Part shown: positions 23,903 through 32,587 of the stretch, in pieces
How positions within the stretch are numbered: position 1 is the first letter of the stretch
Layout of the letters: each line of letters starts with the position of its first letter
Assembly (NCBI GenBank): GCA_963717505.1
Contig: OY970342.1
Coordinates: 320,001-384,000, forward strand
Direction of reading: 5' to 3'
DNA length: 64,000 nt
From: Candidatus Eiseniibacteriota bacterium
GTDB taxonomy: Bacteria > Eisenbacteria > RBG-16-71-46
Notes under the pieces: generated by a model
Told to the model about the DNA's origin: nothing
Seen by the model: only the letters and a program-made list of their open reading frames with translations
The model's database searches: none
Position numbers and translations under genes: made by a program

Positions 23903-24507
23903 GATCCTTTGACCTGCGAGCCTTCGTCCTGCGCGTCGCCTTCGTCGTGATCGCGCTGATCACCGCGGTCACCGTCGCGCTGGCGCTCGCCGGCTGCGGC
24001 GACCGCAACCTGATCCTGAACGTGGACGTGCTCAGCTACCTGAGTCCGACCCAGTCTGAAGCGGGCTTCGGTCCGATGCCCGCCGCACCCGGTGGACTCG
24101 CGACCGGCGAGCAGCCCCTGGTCGACAACATGACCATCAACCTGGTCGACAATCTGGGCAACGTGCTCGAGGTGCGCTCGGTAAGGCTTCTGGTCACTGC
24201 CGAGTGCGACGCTTGGACCGGCGACGGCAGCGATACGCTGCGCATGTACCTGGGTGGACCGGGTAGCGATCCGCGCACCACGACCCCCGCGTTTGAGATG
24301 GCGCTGCCACTGACCGGCGGCGTGATCAATACAACAAGTGGCGACTTCCAGGGCGACACGCGAGTGCTCGACCTGTTCGACCAGCGCCAGGTGCAGCTCA
24401 GCATCACCAACGCCTTCCGCGGCCCCAGCTCGGGCCCGCCCCTCGAAGGCGAAGTTCGACTGACCAAGATCCAGGCGATCGTGGTCGCTGGACGCTCGGG
24501 GCTCTAG
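23899..24507 (+). CDS. Hypothetical lipoprotein
   Basis: ATGA overlap with the barrel gene; lipobox LAGC. Confidence 0.7.
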   Translation: MRSFDLRAFVLRVAFVVIALITAVTVALALAGCGDRNLILNVDVLSYLSPTQSEAGFGPMPAAPGGLATGEQPLVDNMTINLVDNLGNVLEVRSVRLLVTAECDAWTGDGSDTLRMYLGGPGSDPRTTTPAFEMALPLTGGVINTTSGDFQGDTRVLDLFDQRQVQLSITNAFRGPSSGPPLEGEVRLTKIQAIVVAGRSGL

Positions 24508-25403
24508 GCCCCCAGATACGCCAGCAGCGGCGTCAGCGTCAGCGGGCTCAAGAGCGTCGTCACCACCACCACCGACGTGACGAACTCGGGCTCCAGGTCG
24601 TACTCGGTCGCGAGGATGGTGCAGATCACGGCCGACGGCATCGCCGCCTGAAGGATTCCGGCCTGGCGCGCGGGACCGACCAGCCCGAACAGGGGCGCCA
24701 GCGCAATCCCCGCGGCGGCGCCACCCAACAAGCGCAGGGCCGAGACCCCGAGCACCGGTCGCCACGGTGCGCGCACGCCACGCCCGTAGAGCTGGATGCC
24801 CAGGATCGCGATGAAGGTCGGCACGCACGCGCTCGACAGCAGGTCGACGGCACGCTGCGCGGGCAACGGCAGCGACCACCCTGTCGTGTTCACGATCAAC
24901 GCTGCAACCACCGCCCAGACCGACGACACTCGGATCAATCCGCGGGCCGCGACCAGGGGGTGCGTGTTCCCGCTCGAGGCGATCAAGACACCGACCGTGA
25001 ACGTCAGCACCGACGAGGACGCGAAGAACAATCCCGCGTTAGCGACTCCGGGCTCGCCGAAGGCGAACAAGTTTGCCGAGAGTCCGAAGTTGCCGGCGTT
25101 CGGCAGCATCACCACTAGGGCCGCCGCGGCAACGGTCTTGCGTGGCCAGCCGAGTGCGCGGCCGATGAGTGCAGTGATCGCGGCGAGGATCAGCAGCGTG
25201 GCGAACGCGAAGCCCATCATGCGCAAGAGCGCAACCGAGTCGCCGTTGCGCGTGATCACGTCGAACACGAAGCACGGCGCCAGCAGGTTGAACGCCAGTG
25301 AGGTGACTGGCTTGGCGTCGAGCCGCGTGCGCCACGCGAGCAGCCAGCCAGCGCCGGCCACCAGGAGGACCGGCAGCAGGTTGTCGGCGAAGAGCCGGAG
25401 CAC
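24504..25403 (-). CDS. AEC (auxin efflux carrier) family transporter
   Basis: About 10 hydrophobic segments, PNAGNFG, LQAAMPSA, TLLSPLTL. Confidence 0.88.
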   Translation of the reverse strand: MLRLFADNLLPVLLVAGAGWLLAWRTRLDAKPVTSLAFNLLAPCFVFDVITRNGDSVALLRMMGFAFATLLILAAITALIGRALGWPRKTVAAAALVVMLPNAGNFGLSANLFAFGEPGVANAGLFFASSSVLTFTVGVLIASSGNTHPLVAARGLIRVSSVWAVVAALIVNTTGWSLPLPAQRAVDLLSSACVPTFIAILGIQLYGRGVRAPWRPVLGVSALRLLGGAAAGIALAPLFGLVGPARQAGILQAAMPSAVICTILATEYDLEPEFVTSVVVVTTLLSPLTLTPLLAYLGA

Positions 25404-25419
25404 GTTAGGGCGAGGTTCG

Positions 25420-27253
25420 CTAGGGTCGGGTCGCGCCGGCGCCCTGCTCTTCGGACGCCATCCAGATCTCGATCTGCTGCCTCAACACCGGCAGCGCCAC
25501 CGCCCCGTTGCTTGAGCACGGCGTCGTGGAAGCGGCGGATGTCGAACTTGTCGCCCAGCCGCTTCTTCGCCTCCTCGCGCAACGCCAGGATCTCGAGCTG
25601 GCCGCACTTGTAGGCCAGAGCCTGCGCCGGCCAGGCGATGTAGCGATCGACCTCGTTCTCGATGTTGTTCCTCGCCAGCACCGAGTTCTCGAACATGTAA
25701 TCGATCGCTTGCTGGCGACTCCAGCCCATCTGATGGATTCCGGTGTCGACCACCAGGCGGCACGCACGCCACGCGTCGTAGGACAGCATGCCGATCCGGT
25801 CGATGTCGCTCGAATAGAGACCCATCTCGTCCGACAACCGCTCGGTGTACAGCGCCCAGCCTTCGACGTAGGCGGTCACGCCCGAGTACTTGCGGAACTC
25901 GGGGATGTCCTGCAGCTCCCCGGCGATCGCGATCTGCAGGTGGTGCCCCGGAATCGCCTCGTGGAACGCCAGGGCTTCGGCTTCGTAGCGCGGCCGGGTC
26001 TCGGGCTTGTAGGTGTTGATCATGTAGTAGCCGGGCCGCGTGCCGTCGGCTGCGGGTTCCCGGTAGTAGGCGATCGTCGACTGGGGCGCTTCGTGCATGC
26101 CCATCACCTTCACTTCGCAGTCGGCCTTGGGCAGGATGCCGAACCATTCGGGGATCGCCTTGCGCGCCCGTTCCAGGGACTCGCTCGCCTTGTGCTCGAC
26201 TTCCTCGGCTGTGGCGAACTGCATCTTCGGGTCTTCGCGCAGCATTTTCTGGATGGTCGCGACGTCGCTGGTGCCGAGCGCTTTCTGGCCGAGCGCGCTC
26301 AGGTCGCGCCGAAACTTCGCGACCTCCTCGAGACCCAGCTGGTGCAGCTCCTCGGGCGTGCGATCGAGCGAGGTCTGCGCCCGGATGCGCACCTGGTAGC
26401 ACTCATTGCCGTCGGGAATCCACGAGAGCCCCGGCTGCTCGGTGGAGCGCGCGACCGGCAGCACCTCCTTCTCGAGGAATTCCCGGTAGCGCTTGAACGA
26501 CGGCGCCACCACCTGGGTCACCGCTTGCGTCAGCTTCTCCGTGAAGCGGTCGCGATCGCGCAACGACCACGCATCGCGGCGAACCTTGGCCGGCGACATC
26601 AACGCCCAGTCGGCGATCGGCGTGGCTTCGATCGACTTCAGTTGATCGATCGACTTCTGCACGCCGGCGATGCTCGAGGTGCGCTTCGAGGCCAAGCCGC
26701 GCTTCAGGTTCGCGATGTGCTGGTCGACGTACGGACCCATGGCGCGACAACGGGTCACGTACTTGTCGGCGTCCTTGGGCGTCTCGATCCGCGTCAGATC
26801 GGGCAGGTTGAAGAACTCGAGGTGGGGTCCGTTCATCGGGTCGACGGTCCATTCCTCGAAATGACACTTCATGCTCGACAGTTCGCTCTCGACTTCCTCG
26901 ATCAGTACCGCGCGCGTCAGCCGGTCGACGCTCGACAGCGCGTCCACCGGAACGGCCTTCACCCGCTTGAGGATCGTTTCGAGACGGCGTTGGTCGTCGA
27001 GCAGCCCCTGGGGCGAGTTGTTCTCCAGCCGGTCGTCGTAGCGTCGATCGCCCAGCGTGGTCGCCATGGTCGGGCGGGCGCGCAACACGCCTTCCCAATA
27101 GTCGCGGCAGACCGCAGACATCTCCTGCGCGGCGCGCGTGGCCGTCTGTGCGCTCACTTGCGAATGAGTGGAGGCGTCATCGGCGGACGAGCCTTCCGGC
27201 GCCAAGGCGATCAGCATCGCGATCGCGACCCAAAACCGTTCGACGGCGACCAT
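25420..27253 (-). CDS. DUF885 family secreted protein; one apparent frameshift near 25512
   Basis: FHEAIPGHHLQ, EGWALYTE, RLVVDTG, PAQALAYK, FHDAVL; the typical C-terminus NGAVALPVL lies in the frame ending at 25420. Confidence 0.88.
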
Positions 27254-27280
27254 CGAATTTCCCCCGGTTGTGAAATGCAC

Positions 27281-28024
27281 TCATGTGTTCGGGGGTCGAT
27301 TGCGGGCGCTCCCCCGGCCCCAGCGCGTCCAGGCGAACCACGTCGATCCAGCTACCAGAATGACAGCGATCGCGAACCATTGCACGGCGTATCCGAGGTG
27401 CAGGCCCTCGTTCAGGGGTGCTTCGAGGGTGCGCTTCGGAAGCGCAGGCACGCCGGGGCCGGCATGCTGGTGAATGAAGAACCCGGCGACCGGATACGGG
27501 AACACCCGGGTGAGCGAGTCGCGATTGAGCCGGGCCGCGGAAAACACTTGGGGACCGTCGCCGGGAAGCCGGTACGGCGCGCGTCCCTGGGTCTCCAAAG
27601 CTCGGGCCATTCCCTCGACTTCGACCGGCCCCGGCTCGGGATACTCCTGAGGCCGTGCAGTCAGGGCGTCCTCGGCTGGCAGCCAGCCGCGTTCGATCAG
27701 CACCCACTCGCCGGTGAGCGTCTGGAGCGGCGTGACGACGCCCACGCCGGGCTCGCCCTCGTGCATCCGCCCACGCAGAAGGATCTGGCGGGTTTCGTCG
27801 TAGGTGCCGCGGACCCTCACCCGCCGGCCGATTACGGCCGCATCGCCCGTACCGGCGGCGGGCCATTCGACCGGGGGCGCCGACAGCGATGCCGCGCTGG
27901 TCGCGTTGAGAGTGTGTTTCGCTTCGAGGCGGGCGAGCTGCCAAAAGCCGAGGCGCACGCACACGGCCGCGGCCGCGAGCACCGCGACCGCCGCGAGCGC
28001 GCCGAGTACTTTCCCGCGCGTCAC
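27281..28024 (-). CDS. SURF1 family cytochrome oxidase biogenesis protein
   Basis: LGFWQLARLEAK, VLIERGWLP, HLGYAVQWF; GTGA overlap with the upstream gene. Confidence 0.88.
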   Translation of the reverse strand: MTRGKVLGALAAVAVLAAAAVCVRLGFWQLARLEAKHTLNATSAASLSAPPVEWPAAGTGDAAVIGRRVRVRGTYDETRQILLRGRMHEGEPGVGVVTPLQTLTGEWVLIERGWLPAEDALTARPQEYPEPGPVEVEGMARALETQGRAPYRLPGDGPQVFSAARLNRDSLTRVFPYPVAGFFIHQHAGPGVPALPKRTLEAPLNEGLHLGYAVQWFAIAVILVAGSTWFAWTRWGRGSARNRPPNT

Positions 28025-28254
28025 GGCGCCGGCTTGGGCGCCGGCAGGTCGAACGCGATCAACTGCGATTGGAAGCCGCAGGTTTTGTGGGTGCCGTCGC
28101 AGAACGGTTTGTTGGACGACTGCCCGCAACGACACAGGGTGACGCGCTGGCGACCGGCGAGCCCGAAGGACCTGCCCTCCTGGTCGACGATCTCGAAGTC
28201 ACCCTCGACGCGCAGCGAGCCGTTGTTCATGACGGTGATCTTGGTGACAGCCAT
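28021..28254 (-). CDS. CDGSH iron-sulfur domain protein
   Basis: LCRCGQSSNKPFCDGTH; AGGAGG RBS. Confidence 0.92.
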   Translation of the reverse strand: MAVTKITVMNNGSLRVEGDFEIVDQEGRSFGLAGRQRVTLCRCGQSSNKPFCDGTHKTCGFQSQLIAFDLPAPKPAP

Positions 28255-28303
28255 GTTCGTTCCTCCTGGTCGCGTATGCCGGCCCGGCGTCGGGTCGGAA
28301 AAG

Positions 28304-29386
28304 CTAAGGCGCGGTGCGCATGTAGGGCGGGCGCGTCGCGCGCAGCTCGTAACAGGTGCGCCCGATGCCGTGACTCCAGAAGCGCGGCGGATCGCCGGAG
28401 CGCGGATCGGGCATCGAGTCGGCGCCGGCAAATACCGCGCACAGCACGAAGCGCACGGAATCGATGGTTCGGTATTCGTAGGGCACCCCGGTGACCGGGT
28501 CGGTGATCGAGGTCAGACCGGTGCGCGGCTCTCGGATCAGCGCATCGAGCGAAGCCGGCAGCGTCGAGTGCTCGCCCCAGTGGACGTCCACCGCGTCGGC
28601 GATCGCGCGCAGCTCGCTCACCCGGCGCGTATCGAGCTGGCGGTCGCGCTCGCGCCCGGGCGAGCCCACGAACCAGAGTCCGACCGCCATGCTGACCACG
28701 GCGCCGGCAATGCCGAGCCGCCCGAGGACCTGGCGCCGGGCTCGTGCGGTCGTGCCTTCGGTTTCGTCGCGGCGCAGGTCGGCCAGGTAGTGGCCGAACA
28801 CCACACCGGCGATCGCGAACACCACCGCGACCTTGAGAACAAATCTCGGCGCGACCTCGCCGCCGAGCACCGCGGTGACGAGCACGATCAGGTCCCCGAT
28901 CATCACCAGGGCGGCGAGGAACAGCGTCAGGTAGGTGAGCCACTTGCGAATCCGCGAGCTGCGCTTTTCCGGGTCGCCGGCCATCGTGCGGCCGATCACT
29001 CGCCCGACGAACAGGAACACCGGCAGCCCGATCACCAGCGACGCGACCGCACTCCGGGCGGCGTTCGCAAGCGGGATGCGCGTGGAATACATCTGCGTCG
29101 GGTCGTGCAGGCTCCAGTTGATCAGCGCGAACCAGATGGCGCCGACGTTGAACGCGATGACGTACAGAGTCGCGAACAAGACCAGGTGGAGAAACGCCTC
29201 CCGGGCCGACAGGTAGGGCCGGCGCCGGGGCACCGGGACCGGGAAGTCGACCTCGGCCCAGGAGCCGAGGGCCGAGTCGGCCTCCTCGGGCGGCCAGCCG
29301 GCCTTGAGCAGGGCCTCTCGAATGGCGGCTCGCGGAACCCCGCGGGCGAGCGAATCTCGAACAAACGTATGGAGTTCGGCGTTCAT
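28304..29386 (-). CDS. DUF5671 domain membrane protein
   Basis: LLKAGW, PVPVP...SAREAFLHL, IRKWLTYLTLF, GSP...R...D..R, DPVTGVPYEY. Confidence 0.75.
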   Translation of the reverse strand: MNAELHTFVRDSLARGVPRAAIREALLKAGWPPEEADSALGSWAEVDFPVPVPRRRPYLSAREAFLHLVLFATLYVIAFNVGAIWFALINWSLHDPTQMYSTRIPLANAARSAVASLVIGLPVFLFVGRVIGRTMAGDPEKRSSRIRKWLTYLTLFLAALVMIGDLIVLVTAVLGGEVAPRFVLKVAVVFAIAGVVFGHYLADLRRDETEGTTARARRQVLGRLGIAGAVVSMAVGLWFVGSPGRERDRQLDTRRVSELRAIADAVDVHWGEHSTLPASLDALIREPRTGLTSITDPVTGVPYEYRTIDSVRFVLCAVFAGADSMPDPRSGDPPRFWSHGIGRTCYELRATRPPYMRTAP

Positions 29387-29574
29387 GGCCTGGGGACGCT
29401 AGCCGCCGGCCGCCCCCGGGTCCAGTCCGGCGCCCAGGCGCCAGCTACCGCCGTGCAACAGCGGGCCAGGCCATACGTAGAATGGTTCGTGCCTGGCCCG
29501 TTTTCGAGGTCCGCGCGACGGGCGCCGGAGCGGCTCCTGTCGCGTCGCGGGTCGGTTCGAAAGGAGCGGTACAG

Positions 29575-29877
29575 ATGCTCGAAGGTTTCTGGGGTGTTCT
29601 CGCGCTCGTGGCGATTGCCTGCCTGGTCGCGCTGGGGCTGCTCTGGTGGATCTTCACGTTGCCGTTCCACTTCCTCGGCTTCCTGTTGACCGGGCTCGGC
29701 GTCGCCCTGGTGGTCACGTTCCTGGTCGTCGCGGGAATCGTGGCGCTCGCCGGGCTGGCCCTGGCCGGCGTCCTGATCCTGGTGCCGATGATCGTGATTC
29801 CCCTCCTTCCGGCAGTCATGGCCATGATGCTTCTCTGGTGGCTGTTCTTCCGGAAGCCCCACGCGAAGACCGCATGA
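29575..29877 (+). CDS. Small hydrophobic membrane protein
   Basis: AAGGAG RBS; almost entirely hydrophobic, about 100 aa. Confidence 0.7.
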   Translation: MLEGFWGVLALVAIACLVALGLLWWIFTLPFHFLGFLLTGLGVALVVTFLVVAGIVALAGLALAGVLILVPMIVIPLLPAVMAMMLLWWLFFRKPHAKTA

Positions 29878-30467
29878 CCCGGCCCTGGTCCCAGCGCATT
29901 CGCGAGTATTTCCCGGGTGCGCTGGTCATTCTGTTGCTGCTGGCGGCGCGCTCGTCGCTGGCGGACCACTACGTGGTTCCGACCGGATCGATGGAGTGGA
30001 CGCTCGAGCCCGGCGATCGCGTGGTCGCGGACAAGCGGGCCTTCGGCCTGCGGGTTCCGTTCACGTCGTTCGAGCTGATTCCCGGAGAGTCTCCGGCGCG
30101 CGGCGATCTCGTGGTGTTCGATGCGCCCGACAACGGCATGCGACTCATCAAGCGCGTGGTCGCCGTCTCGGGCGACCACGTCGCGGTGCGCGACGGCCAC
30201 GTCTGGATCAACGGCGCGCCGCTCGAGGCCGGAGCCGAATTCGAACGCTACGGCTCGCGTGTCGCGCACCTGAATCTGGGATTCGGGGGCGGACCCGACG
30301 TCCCTCCGACCGAGGTCCCGCGCGGGCAGGTTCTGGTCCTGGGGGATGCTCGGGGCAACAGCCGAGACGGCCGCTTCTTCGGGTTCGTGCGCGAGGATGA
30401 GATCTACGCGCGAGGCGTGGGCGTCTACTATCGAGCTTCCCGCGGGCTGGTCTGGCTCCCGCTTTAG
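29874..30467 (+). CDS. lepB: Signal peptidase I
   Basis: VPTGSME.TL..GD, IKRVV, LGD.RGNSRDGRFFG. Confidence 0.9.
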   Translation: MTRPWSQRIREYFPGALVILLLLAARSSLADHYVVPTGSMEWTLEPGDRVVADKRAFGLRVPFTSFELIPGESPARGDLVVFDAPDNGMRLIKRVVAVSGDHVAVRDGHVWINGAPLEAGAEFERYGSRVAHLNLGFGGGPDVPPTEVPRGQVLVLGDARGNSRDGRFFGFVREDEIYARGVGVYYRASRGLVWLPL

Positions 30468-30536
30468 CGGGGGAAATCTCCTCTTCCGTGCAGTAGACTC
30501 GGGGCGCCAACCCAAACCCGCGCCGCGGGAGGGAAT

Positions 30537-30935
30537 ATGCGTTCCGTGCCGAGACTGCTCTTGCTCGCCCCGCTCCTGCTGTTCGTGGCCGGCTGCACGT
30601 CGGGGCTCAAGAAACCGATCACCACCGCCGAGATCCAGCCCGACAGCCAGGGGATTCAGCGCGTCGAGCTGAACATGCACAGCTACTACTTCGAACCCAG
30701 CCGGATCGTGGTCCACACCGGGCTTCCGGTGGAGCTGGTGCTCAAGAACCGGGCGAAACTCGTGCCCCACAACGTGACCTTCGTCGACACCTCGTTCGCC
30801 AAGAGCGAGGGCGCGTGGCTCGGAACCGGTCACCTGAAGTTCACTCCGCAACGGCAGGGTGAGTTCGAGTTCTATTGCAAGGTCGACGCCCACGCGAAAA
30901 AGGGAATGACTGGCGTGCTCGTCGTGGTGCCATGA
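30537..30935 (+). CDS. Cupredoxin-domain lipoprotein
   Basis: Lipobox VAGC; type-1 copper ligands PHN...FYCKVDAHAKKGMTG. Confidence 0.85.
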   Translation: MRSVPRLLLLAPLLLFVAGCTSGLKKPITTAEIQPDSQGIQRVELNMHSYYFEPSRIVVHTGLPVELVLKNRAKLVPHNVTFVDTSFAKSEGAWLGTGHLKFTPQRQGEFEFYCKVDAHAKKGMTGVLVVVP

Positions 30936-32011
30936 TCCCGCGGCTGGTGGCGCTGGCCACCGCCGTTCCCCCCCACGTCGTCGGCCAGGACGAAGCGCGC
31001 GAGTTCTCGCGCAACCTCTTCCGCGAGGTGCTGACCGAGGACAAGGACCGCCTGCTCGCGATCTTCGACAACGCTGGAATCAAGAACCGAAACGTGTGCG
31101 CGCCGCTCGAGTGGTACGCGCACGACCACAGCTTCGCCGAGAAGAACGACCTCTACATCGAGAACGCCGTTCGCCTCGGCGCCCAGGTCGCCCGGGACGT
31201 GATGGCGAAGGCCGGGCTCGGCCCCGGCGACGTCGACCATCTGGTGTTCGTGTCGTCGACCGGAATCGCCGCGCCCAGCGTCGACGCGCGGCTGGCCAAC
31301 GAGCTGGGATTCCGCAGCGACTTCAAGCGCACGCCAATCTGGGGACTCGGGTGCGCGGGCGGCGCGGCCGGGCTGGCGCGGGCGCGCGAGTTCGCGCTCG
31401 CTGATCCCGGGTCGCGAGTTCTCCTGATCGCGCTCGAGCTGTGCAGCATCACCTTCCAGCGCAACGATCTCTCCAAACGCAACCTGGTCGCGGCGTCCTT
31501 GTTCGGCGACGGCGCGGCGGCGGCTTTAGTGGTGGCCGACGACGGCGCCCCGCACAACGGCCACCGGCCGCTCGATCTGGTCGCGACCTCGAGCACGTTC
31601 TGGTCGGACACGCTCGACGTCATGGGCTGGGACGTGGACGGCACCGGGCTGCACGTGATCTTCGCCCGCGACATTCCGACCATCGTCCACGAGCGCGTGC
31701 GGCCGGGGCTGGAAGAGTTTCTGGCCCGTCACGACCTGACCCTCGCGAAACTCGACCATCTCGTCGCGCATCCGGGCGGCACTAAGGTGCTGGCCGCGTA
31801 TCAGGAGGCTCTGGGCTTGCAGCCCGATGCGCTCGACCACGCGCGCGAGGTGCTGCGCGACCACGGGAACATGTCGTCGCCCACCTGCTTGTTCGTGCTC
31901 GAACGCTTCATGCGGTCGGAGTCGATACGGGCGGGCGAAACCGCGGTCCTCTCCGCGCTCGGCCCCGGCTTCTGCGCCGAGTACGTCCTGCTGCGCGGGG
32001 CCTCTGCATGA
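30932..32011 (+). CDS. Type III polyketide synthase (BpsA/SrsA-like)
   Basis: Cys-His-Asn triad WGLGCAGG, AHPGG, HGNMSS; LFGDGAAA, GPGF. Confidence 0.92.
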   Translation: MIPRLVALATAVPPHVVGQDEAREFSRNLFREVLTEDKDRLLAIFDNAGIKNRNVCAPLEWYAHDHSFAEKNDLYIENAVRLGAQVARDVMAKAGLGPGDVDHLVFVSSTGIAAPSVDARLANELGFRSDFKRTPIWGLGCAGGAAGLARAREFALADPGSRVLLIALELCSITFQRNDLSKRNLVAASLFGDGAAAALVVADDGAPHNGHRPLDLVATSSTFWSDTLDVMGWDVDGTGLHVIFARDIPTIVHERVRPGLEEFLARHDLTLAKLDHLVAHPGGTKVLAAYQEALGLQPDALDHAREVLRDHGNMSSPTCLFVLERFMRSESIRAGETAVLSALGPGFCAEYVLLRGASA

Positions 32012-32541
32012 GCGACACGGGCGCCGCAGGCGTTCCGGTCGTTACGCTGCTCGCCGGCTTCCTGATCTGCCACGTCGTCCAGCGGCTCTCCGAGCTCTAC
32101 ATTTCTTCGAGAAACACGCGGGCGTTGCTGGCCCGCGGTGCGGTCGAACACGGGCAGAGGCACTATCCCTGGATCGTCGTGATGCATGTGTTGTTCCCGA
32201 TCGCGCTGACCGCCGAGGTGCTCCTGCTTCGGACGGGCCCCGGTGCGCTCGGGCTCCTTTGGCTGGCACTCTGGCTCGCGGCGCAATTGCTGCGTTGGTC
32301 CACCATGCAGGCTTTAGGAGAACGTTGGACCACTCGCGTGCTCGTGCTCCCCGGGGTGCCCCTCGTGACCTCCGGCCCCTATCGGTGGCTGCGGCATCCC
32401 AACTACGTCGCGGTCGTGATCGAGCTGCTGGCCGCGCCGCTCATGTTCGGAGCCTGGCGTACGGCGCTCCTGTTCTCGGCGGCCAACGCGCTGGCGTTGA
32501 CAGTGCGAATTCGTTGCGAGGAGCGGGCGCTCCAGGGCTAG
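32008..32541 (+). CDS. Isoprenylcysteine carboxyl methyltransferase family (BpsB/SrsB-like)
   Basis: QRLSEL, LGERWTTRV, GPYRWLRHPNY, RIRCEE. Confidence 0.9.
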   Translation: MSDTGAAGVPVVTLLAGFLICHVVQRLSELYISSRNTRALLARGAVEHGQRHYPWIVVMHVLFPIALTAEVLLLRTGPGALGLLWLALWLAAQLLRWSTMQALGERWTTRVLVLPGVPLVTSGPYRWLRHPNYVAVVIELLAAPLMFGAWRTALLFSAANALALTVRIRCEERALQG

Positions 32542-32587
32542 AATGCCCCTCGTTCGGGCCCGTCAGCGGCCCGAACGAGGAGGTCGC

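Noticed and set aside
25508-29689. 1393-aa plus-strand ORF
   Set aside because: Antisense shadow of DUF885, SURF1, CDGSH and DUF5671; no motifs, and long stop-free reverse frames are expected at this GC content.
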